A stretch of DNA of 64,000 bases from Eledone cirrhosa (lineage: Eukaryota): contig OZ024742.1 in the NCBI GenBank assembly GCA_964016885.1, positions 33,914,001-33,978,000 on the forward strand, read 5' to 3'. Below are positions 54,669-64,000 of this stretch, one piece after another. The notes under the pieces are model-generated. The model did not search any database. It was not told the origin of the DNA and saw nothing but the letters and a program-made list of their open reading frames with translations. Numbering within the stretch: position 1 is the stretch's first letter; each line of letters starts with the position of its first letter. The position numbers and the translations under genes are program-made.

Positions 54669-54835
54669 CATACATATACACATACACACACATATACACA
54701 CACACATATAAATATATATACACACACACATATATATATATATATATACATATATACATACATATACATACATACATATACATACATATACCCACATAAA
54801 GATACATAACTAAATATACATATATACACATACAT

Positions 54836-54897
<62 letters not shown>

Positions 54898-55034
54898 ACA
54901 CACACGCACGTGTATACACACACACAACACACACATATACATATGTCCGTATATATACCCCTCCGTTCACACATACATGCATACACACACACACATACAT
55001 CTATATATATATACACATATAAAGAGAGAGGCAT

Positions 55035-55091
<57 letters not shown>

Positions 55092-55202
55092 TATACACAT
55101 ACATATATGCACACATAAACACACACAGACACATACACACATATACACATACACATACACATACATATATATCCATATACATACATATACACACGTACAT
55201 AT

Positions 55203-55251
<49 letters not shown>

Positions 55252-55307
55252 CATACACATACACATACAAGTACATGCATACACACATACATACATACAC
55301 ATACATG

Positions 55308-55365
<58 letters not shown>

Positions 55366-55684
55366 TACATACATATATATATACATATATATACACATAC
55401 ATACACATACATACACACATACATATATACATATATATATATGTGCGTACACACGAGCACATAAAGACACATATACACATACACACACATATACATATAT
55501 ATACATATATATACACACATATATATACACATACATCTACATACATACATACATATACACAAACAGAAACATACACATATGTACACACATATATACATAT
55601 ATGCACATACATATACACACACACACACATATATATAGGTACATACATATACATACACACACACATAAACATACATATCTATCC

Positions 55685-55762
<78 letters not shown>

Positions 55763-56002
55763 CAAGCGCACCTCAGCGTGAAAGGTCTTTCTAAAAACGA
55801 AACAATACCTCCTACGTTAACCAAGAACTCCTAAGACCTAACCAACAACCAACAACTTAATTTATAAAATAATTTTTTTAAGAAAAATTCTTTTTGGATT
55901 TTGTGAAGAAAATAAATTTGTTGAAAGCACAAGTGAAGCCATTTTTTCTTCCCCACTGTCTTAATATACCTAACTGTACCAAGGATTACACACATTTTCC
56001 AA
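53858..56002. mobile_element. Decayed PLE 3' end with inverted pLTR arms (~53858-54063 and ~55760-55966), interrupted by a long (TA/CA)n tract
   Basis: ~205-bp inverted arms; the inner end starts at a decayed HHR core TGACAA-GCGC..GCGT-GAAA. Confidence 0.6.
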
Positions 56003-56229
56003 TATATATATATATATATACATAAATCAGGGTTGATTCAGTTTGAAACTGGTTAGATCATGACTCAACAGAGTACTAGATACTTGGGGTATAAGAGTAT
56101 GGTTATATTATAAAGAGTCCGGATCCCGACGGCTGAGCTCTTGCTGTTGCTCTTCAGACTGGAACTAGCTGTTGAAACCGCAAGGGCTCAGCCGACGTGG
56201 TACCGGATCTTCATAATATATATATAATA

Positions 56230-56303
56230 CAGAGTGTTCCCCCAAAATGTATATACACTTCAACAGCAATCTAATAGATATGTGTATACATTTTTGGGGC
56301 ACC

Positions 56304-56306
<3 letters not shown>
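56230..56306. mobile_element. Tiny Tc1/mariner MITE
   Basis: TIRs CAG(A/G)GTG..CCCCAAAA.TGTATA, TA flanks. Confidence 0.7.
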
Positions 56307-56334
<28 letters not shown>

Positions 56335-56337
<3 letters not shown>

Positions 56338-56528
56338 CAAAGGAAATGTGATAAGGAACCAGGTGGACCATAACGCACCAAAGTACTCAATACTTAGGGT
56401 AGTAGAGTGGGTAATAGGAACGAGTAGGACCCGACGGCTGAGCTCAAGCCCTTTCGACGGCTAATTCTGGGCTAATTCCAGAATTAGCCGACGAAACGGC
56501 TTGAGCTCAGCCGTCGGGGTCTTCCTCG

Positions 56529-56533
<5 letters not shown>
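56335..56533. mobile_element. Palindromic fold-back element, family copy 3
   Basis: Homologous to 32420-32626. Confidence 0.75.
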
Positions 56534-56593
<60 letters not shown>

Positions 56594-56888
56594 TGCTATT
56601 TTGCCCGAGAAAATATCTGTGTGTGTCATCAAATGTTGTACACACATAGATATTATTTCAATTTCCAATTGAGTTCTTAGCGCGTGGCCTGAATTCCTTT
56701 CAGAGTTCATTGTCACGCACATGTATTGTTTCTTTTGGCGGTAATTCACTTCCTCATTTATTGAATAAGTTCGAGCACTTCTTTCAGAACTGCTGGACTG
56801 GCAACCTGACAGATACCTCAGGCACAAAAAGTGATTATCGCTAAATGCTGATGTTGGTTAGATTATCAATATTAGTATTATTGGGGCA

Positions 56889-57015
56889 CCCACTGATGAA
56901 TTATAGGAGCCCACTTGAATATATATCTATTGATGGTATACAAGCTCCTACATAAATTGGTATAATTTCACCCAAATTGTAGGAATCCTATAATGAAACG
57001 AGACGTCCGTCTGGG
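56889..57015 (+). ncRNA. Type I HHR with a branched ~75-nt insertion in stem II
   Basis: CCCA-CUGAUGA-AUUAUAGGA...UCCUAUAAU-GAAA-CG(AGACGUC)CG-UC|UGGG. Confidence 0.7.
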
Positions 57016-57190
57016 AAGAGATATATTAGATATGTCTCATTTGAAATAATACAGCCAATTTTCCACGCAATACTTTTAGTTAGCACCCCGAACGCATAAT
57101 TGGGAATATAATCACTTATTTCCTAATGTTTGTTGAGTGAGTTGGAATTTGGCCGGAGTATCGCTAAAAAGCTTTCTCCGATATTGTATT

Positions 57191-57299
<109 letters not shown>

Positions 57300-57786
57300 G
57301 TATATAGAGATAGAGTCTGCGGTATTAAGACCGAGCAAACCATTAATCACGAGAGTACTTGATGCACGAGAAAATGTTTATGCTTCACTTAAAAATATTT
57401 CTTTATCCCCATTTATGAATAACCTTACCCTTTCATCCTCTATTCCTATGACCATTATGACCCTTCTCCTCCTACTCTAAACTCAACCAAAGCACTGCCA
57501 AATTCAGTGACCTATTCTTTCTCACCCTACATATATTACTACAACATTGGAAAGGTTTGCTGAACACACAACCCGAAACCACTTGGCGTCGCGGTCAGGA
57601 TGTACATCTCCTTCTCTCTCTCCCCCCTCTCTCTCTCTCCTTCTCTCCCTGCCTCTTTCACTCTCTTTCTCTCTCTCTGTATATATATATATATTTAAAG
57701 GTTAAACAAGGTTCAATGAATAAATCAAAGAATGAGTTTTACAATAGATTGGAAGCATTCAACAAGTGTGGTTTTCCGGAGTTATT

Positions 57787-58064
57787 AATATTAATTCAAA
57801 ATATTAACAAAATAGATATTCTTGTGATCAAGTATATTTTATTATACATATTTCAGAGGTACTGAGTTAACTTCAACAGTACGTCCTCATCGTCACTACC
57901 ATGACTGAATCTTAACCATATACTATGTCAGGGTATGTCATGCATCATCTTATTTTATCTGATGCGGACGTACTGTTGAAGTTAACTCAGTACCTCTGAA
58001 ATATGTATAATAAAATATACTTGATCACAAAGAATATCTATTTTGTTAATATTTTGAATTAATA
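57787..58064. repeat. Inverted repeat (~100-bp arms) of a fold-back element
   Basis: ~57787-57885 is reverse-complementary to ~57966-58064. Confidence 0.75.
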
Positions 58065-58075
58065 TATATATATAT

Positions 58076-58322
58076 ATAAAGAATGAATAATAACAGGTAG
58101 ACATCATAAAAAGGTAATTTATTCTGTGTGCTTACAAATGTTTCCACGGTGGTTATACAGTCTAGTTATGCTATGTGCAAATTTATAACTATTTGCAAAA
58201 CTTAATTATCAAATGCTGTGACCACTGTATCATCAGAGCAGAATGGTTAAAATGTACAATGTAAATACCCTTAAGTGAGGTTATTGGGGAAGATAGAGTA
58301 GAAAAGGAAGAGAGAAAAGAAG

Positions 58323-58354
<32 letters not shown>

Positions 58355-60058
58355 GGGGCTGGAGAAATGGGAGAAAGTGGTTTGTAGATATCTTAATCAA
58401 AATGTTATGGTAGGGGTTTTATTATACTGGTTACTCTTAAAGCGACCACCTTAAGCGATGCGTTGATAGTCAAGGTTGGAATTATTTATTGCTACAGAGG
58501 GCAGGTTCATAGATGTGGAGAGCGAGGGAGGTGGACCTAGGGCGAGAGAGAGAGAGAGAGTGGAATGGATAGAGAGGGAGAGATAGAAAGGGGACAGACG
58601 AAAGCTATGGGGTTGGTGTACATTGAGTTCATAGTAGTAATCTACAAATTGCACTAAGTTTCCATTTATAGTGATAAGCAGGGTATTGTATGTAGTGTGG
58701 GGGAAGAGAAAGTGGTTAGCTAGAAAGCAATGTTATAGTTACGGGTTCGAATGTTAAGTTATTTTATAGTGAGAGAATTTAGCCTTCAGTTTGTGGTTGC
58801 AGATCGTTCGATTCTATCATTTAGTAATTTATTTTTGGATTTTAAGATGTAAAAGAGTTCAAGGTTACATAACCTACAGTACTTCAATCCGCTCCGATAT
58901 GCACTAGCGCTGGAAAGTATATCCCATTTCAAGGTGAACTGTTGGTTGCGTTCACGGAGTTGCCAGGTCTTGTTGGTGAGCGTGGTCACAAAACGGTGAT
59001 CAGGATGTTTAATTGAGAATCGATGTCGGTACCAGCGAGATTTAAAGGAGGTAGTGGTAGACCCCGATGTAATACCATTTCTGGTTGTCCGATTCAACAG
59101 TGCATTGGTAAACAATGTTGGACTTTAGGCATTTATTCTTCAATGGACATCTTTCAGGTAGATGGCAGTTAGAGTTTTTGTTGTGGGTAGCGGGTATACC
59201 ATGGATGGGTTGTGATAGCAGTACAGGTGGGTTGTGTAATACCCGTCTCCCATTTAGTGGTTGGGAGGCCGATATTACGTTATGCTCATCTGTTATTAAA
59301 ATATTTTGTTTTGTAGTGTTGTTTAATTGCTTTAAGTTAAGTTTTTTATGTATGCTTCAAGGTTTGGTGCCGTGGAGTATGATAGTTTAATAGTTTTAGA
59401 GTTCAGAATTTTACTGTATTTATGGGAACTAGGGAAATGCTTCTTGATTAACTTAAAGAATGAAAGAGATAGTTTTTTACTAATCGAAGCATTAAAAATG
59501 GGATTATACCAGATATACTTTCTACAACGTGATTTATTTGGTGATGATTTTCTATTATTAGTATGTCTGGTGGTACTGCGTGTGTGCGCTTGTATTTCAG
59601 TACCCCGGTTACGTATTCTTTGATTTCGTGTAGAGCTATGTGTGTTATGGAGATTCTTATCAATGTATTCTATTGTATCCCGGTGGTCGGCATTACTTAA
59701 TGCATTATTATAGTATTCACCATGTTCACTAAAAATCTCAGAGTCAGACGATAGGCGAGAGATGATACAATGGTCACAGCATTTGATAATTGAGTTTTGC
59801 AAATAGTTATAAATTTGCACATAACATAACTAGGCTGTATAACCACCGTGGAAACATTTGTAAGCACACAGAATAAATTACCTTTTTATGATGTCTACCT
59901 GTTATTATTCATTCTTTATCTACACTCCGGAATACAGAAGGATCAGGAACTAAGTTTCTTCAACAATCCTTCCATAACTCGTTGAGTAACCTCTCACCGT
60001 ACGTCAACTCTATCCAGTGTAGTAATTAACCATTACTACATCTAGGATAATCCTATAC

Positions 60059-60062
<4 letters not shown>
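58076..60062 (-). mobile_element. Decayed 5'-truncated Penelope-like element with an inverted pLTR
   Basis: IWYNPIF, YSKILNSKTIKLSYS, FKSRWYRH, CRLC..E motifs; 59761-59918 is an inverted copy of 58076-58234. Confidence 0.8.
58129..58240 (-). ncRNA. pLTR hammerhead with a long stem II
   Basis: UGCU-CUGAUGA-UACAGUGGU...ACCACCGUG-GAAA-CA(UU)UG-UA|AGCA. Confidence 0.65.
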
Positions 60063-60137
<75 letters not shown>

Positions 60138-60148
60138 GTATATATATA

Positions 60149-60522
60149 TTTATACTTTGGGAGAGTCATGCTGCTAATAACAACACAAGCACCTTTCGGT
60201 TTTCACTTTAATTTATTATACATTTCCGGTTGGTTGGTCGGTTGGTTCGATAACCGGATAGTTATTTATATATTGTCAAAGCTCTTTCGACAAATAAAAT
60301 CCCAGTCAACAAGGAGGTCACAGAATGTGTGACGAAAGAGCTTTGACAATATATAAACAACCATCCAGTTATTGAACCAACAAACCGGAAATGTATAATA
60401 AATTGAAGTGAAAACCATCAGGTGCGTGTTTTTATTGGCAGCATGACCCTCCCAAAGTATAACAATATCTGTTTCAACACACGTTTTCAGATAAGAAATC
60501 TTACAAAACAAATTCAAAAACG

Positions 60523-60525
<3 letters not shown>
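60149..60525. mobile_element. ORF-less fold-back miniature related to the 36-39 kb PLE family
   Basis: Inverted pLTR arms ~60151-60291 and ~60332-60462 homologous to the pLTR at ~38810-38965, with the same one-sided tail; junction at a decayed HHR. Confidence 0.75.
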
Positions 60526-60570
<45 letters not shown>

Positions 60571-60787
60571 ATATGTGTGTGTAGATTTCTTATCTGAAAA
60601 CGTGTGTTGAAACAGATATTGAAACAGATATATATATATATATATATAACTTTGATAACTTTGATAGGTTTCGGCTAGTATTGGCCCAGGCCATGTCTAA
60701 CTTAATAGCACCACCTGGCGAAGTCTTACAAATCAGTGTTTGGGCACCATGGCTCACTCGAGCAGAGAGTTATTGTTTGAAGGGTAT

Positions 60788-60830
60788 ACGGTGCTGATGA
60801 TAGCTAACAAGCTTGAAACTAGTACATCGT
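60788..60830 (+). ncRNA. Minimal type I HHR
   Basis: ACGGUG-CUGAUGA-UAGCU(AACA)AGCUU-GAAA-C(UA)G-UA|CAUCGU; U.U pair at the base of stem II. Confidence 0.8.
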
Positions 60831-60990
60831 TCCTGTGTCAGTGTTGAACAAAAAGGTGACGTGGTTGCCTTAACACCGTACGGCATAAATTCAGGCTGTC
60901 AGTTTGTTTACAAACGGACAAAGCGGGCGTTATAATAAGCGTCCGCTAAACTGATACGTACATATATGTATGTGTACCTGTATGTATATA

Positions 60991-61068
<78 letters not shown>

Positions 61069-61302
61069 TGCTACTGTACGTCTGTATACATATATGTATG
61101 TACGTATACATACATACTTACATTTAAGTAAGTGCCGTACTAAGAGTGAGAAATGAAATTTCGTTTTCATTTTATTACAACTTATCGTTTTCGGTGCGCC
61201 TGGCCGACTGCTCACTCGATGTGCAAATTAGGCTGCTCAGCCGTTAATTTTCATAAGGAAAGTATATACTTTCGAACGTTCAACCATCTGGCAGAAGGGT
61301 AT

Positions 61303-61345
61303 ACGGTGCTGATGATAGCTAACAAGCTTGAAACTAGTACATCGT
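61303..61345 (+). ncRNA. Minimal type I HHR (second unit)
   Basis: Identical to 60788-60830. Confidence 0.8.
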
Positions 61346-61499
61346 TCCTGTGTCAGTGTTGAACAAAAAGGTGACGTGGTTGCCTTAACACCGTACGGCA
61401 TAAATTCAGGCTGTCAGTTTGTTTACAAACGGACAAAGCGGGCGTTATAATAAGCGTCCGCTAAACTGATACGTACATATATGTATGTGTACCTGTATG

Positions 61500-61530
<31 letters not shown>

Positions 61531-61646
61531 GCATGCTACTGTACGTCTGTATACATATATGTATGTACGTATACATACATACTTACATTTAAGTAAGTGC
61601 CGTACTAAGAGTGAGAAATGAAATTTCGTTTTCATTTTATTACAAA

Positions 61647-63154
61647 CTAGCAGTAAAGCCCGGCGTTGCTCGGGGTCGCTCAGTAGCTGTGTTAAAGTTA
61701 CAATGTTAAGTTTCTTTTTTGGCTTAAAAACTGTAGTGTCTAATGTGCAGACTTGCATGTGGTGTTTTTGATTAATATTCCCTCAACCAACAATATGCCT
61801 TATGAAGTTAAGAAAACATAACGATAACCCGAATGTTATAACAAAAGAGGATGCTGGGGATAAAAACTGCACTGGTTATTTATTAACAAAGATCGAAAAT
61901 GTAAACACTGCAACGCAGAGAAAAACATTAGCGTAACCAAATTATCAGTTATGTCTGTCTGCACGCCTATATCACCTCTCTGCACGACTGTCTGTCTGCA
62001 CGCCTATATCACCTCTCTGCACGACTGTCTGTCTGCACGCGTATATCACCTCTCTGCACGACTGTCTGTCTGCACGCGTATATCACCTCTCTGCACGACT
62101 GTCTGTCTGCACGCCTATCGAAATTTACAGATACATATACTTTAAATAAACTTATATAATTTTTGCTTTTTTTTACGAAATATTTGCTTGTTTTACGTAG
62201 TCTTTAAATAGACTTGTTTTCAAGTAAAAATATTGTTTTAAAAGGCTTTTAAATGGAAATGAAGCAAAACGGAAGCTTAGTGTTCGAACTGATGAAGCTG
62301 TGTTAAAGTTACAATGTTAAGTTTCTTTCTTGGCTTAAAAACTGTAGTGTCTACTGTGCAGACTTGCATGTGGTGTTTTTGATTAATATTCCCTCAACCA
62401 ACAATATGCCTTATGAAGTTAAGAAAACATAACGATAACCCGAATGTTATAACAAAAGAGGATGCTGGGGATAGAAACTGCACTGGTTATTTATTAACAA
62501 AGATCGAAAATGTAAACACTGCAACGCAGAGAAAAACATTAGCGTAACCAAATTATCAGTTATGTCTGTCTGCACGCCTATATCACCTCTCTGCACGACT
62601 GTCTGTCTGCACGCCTATATCACCTCTCTGCACGACTGTCTGTCTGCACGCGTATATCACCTCTCTGCACGACTGTCTGTCTGCACGCGTATATCACCTC
62701 TCTGCACGACTGTCTGTCTGCACGCCTAGCGACGAAATATTTGCTTGTTTTACGTAGTCTTTAAATAGACTTGTTTTCAAGTAAAAATATTGTTTTAAAA
62801 TGCTTTTAAATGGAAATGAAGCAAAACGGAAGCTTAGTGTTCGAACTGATGAATTTTGCAGGTCAATATTTTGCTGGCTCGACAACTGTTAAAGCCAGCG
62901 TAATTTTTTACGTAAGACGCTCAATGTAAACAGAACAAAGGGAAATAACTGATCACTTACGCTAAAAAATCGATACATTATATTCGATTTCGTCACATAG
63001 GGTGGGTCAATTTGAAATTTTTTTTTCCGATGTCTTCGCTAGGGCTCAATGTACAAGTATAGCAATTTCGGTGCAATTCCGTGAGAGATTCTAAGAGGAG
63101 ATGTGTGCCAAAAATCGATAGACAAACAGACAACCACAGTTTTATATATATAGA
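61647..63154 (-). mobile_element. Non-autonomous Helitron with an internal ~611-bp duplication and a 37-bp minisatellite
   Basis: Minus strand: A|TCTATATATATAAAA at the 5' end; 3' hairpin CCCGAGC-AAC-GCCGGG followed by CTAG|T. Confidence 0.8.
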
Positions 63155-63379
63155 TTAAGGATGCTATTTATGGTTTGGATGAAACAATTGTAAGTGAATA
63201 AATCGTTTGAATACAGCTTTGATTCTTGTGACTTCTATATATATATATATACACACACGCACACACACACATTTATATATATATATATATACACACACAC
63301 ATATATATATTTATATATAAATACACACACACACATATATATACATATACACACACGCACACATATATATATAAATATA

Positions 63380-63577
63380 TATAACAAAGGATTTGTGGTA
63401 AGGAACCAGATGGACCATAACGCACCAGAGTACTCAATACTTAGGGTTGTAGAGTGGGAAATAGGAAAAAGTATGACCCCGACGGCAGAGCTCAAGCCGT
63501 TTCGACGGCTATTTCTGTCCAGAAATAGCCGTCGAAACGGCTTGAGCTCTGCCGTCGGGGTCATACCTTTTCCTATA
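63380..63577. mobile_element. Palindromic fold-back element, family copy 4
   Basis: Homologous to the 8044 and 32420 copies. Confidence 0.75.
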
Positions 63578-63838
63578 AATATATATATATATATATAGAC
63601 GTGCGTGTTTTCCATTACACTGTACACATTTACGCAGCCTGTAAATGAAGCTAATTACGTCAAAGATTTATTAAACTGACATAAAAGAATTACTAATTGT
63701 TTATTTACCACAATATGTGATTATGTCAAGCAGGAGCTCGAGGCGAACAAGTGTTTCTGTGAAATCTCTGCTGATTTTATTAACTACATTCAAATGTCAA
63801 TTTTTCGGTTTTTAATTTTGTATTGCTCTCTCTCTCCG

Positions 63839-63898
<60 letters not shown>

Positions 63899-64000
63899 TC
63901 TCCCTCTCTCTCTCTCTCTCTCTCCCCCCCCCTCTCTCTCTATCTATCTATCTATCTATCTACATATCTATCTATATATACATGTATACACACACACACA

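Larger units (their letters stand above)
60779..61645 (+). mobile_element. Retrozyme-like tandem array, ~515-bp unit x ~1.7
   Basis: Units start at ~60779 and ~61294; one HHR per unit; homologous to the 471-bp family. Confidence 0.8.

Noticed and set aside
61953-62727. 37-bp regularly spaced repeats resembling CRISPR
   Set aside because: No unique spacers, eukaryotic context; a minisatellite inside a Helitron.
62289-62855. CTGATGA motifs in the Helitron
   Set aside because: No matching stem II, GAAA or stem III.

Overview
AT-rich, microsatellite-saturated metazoan DNA. The repeat complement (MetaSINE-type and tRNA-derived SINEs, (TA)n/(TACA)n seas) suggests a coleoid cephalopod such as Octopus; this is inferred, not shown. 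Only one host exon is convincing: a 599-bp minus-strand internal exon encoding an NMDA-type ionotropic glutamate receptor amino-terminal-domain segment (18297-18895). The rest is mobile DNA: a full-length Tx1/L1-clade element plus truncated relatives in (GATA)n, R4/Dong-like RLE retrotransposons in (TACA)n, an RTE fragment, Penelope-like elements (PLEs) with inverted ends, a Helitron, a solo LTR, Tc1/mariner MITEs and many SINEs. The main unexplained signal is an unusual density of type I hammerhead ribozyme (HHR) motifs, about 10 with intact cores plus several decayed ones, all folded by eye. They sit in PLE pLTRs, in fold-back palindromes, and in non-coding ~470-600-bp tandem units that look like retrozymes. 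One array ends 1 nt from its predicted cleavage site, and several units share an octamer-TATA-HHR cassette.
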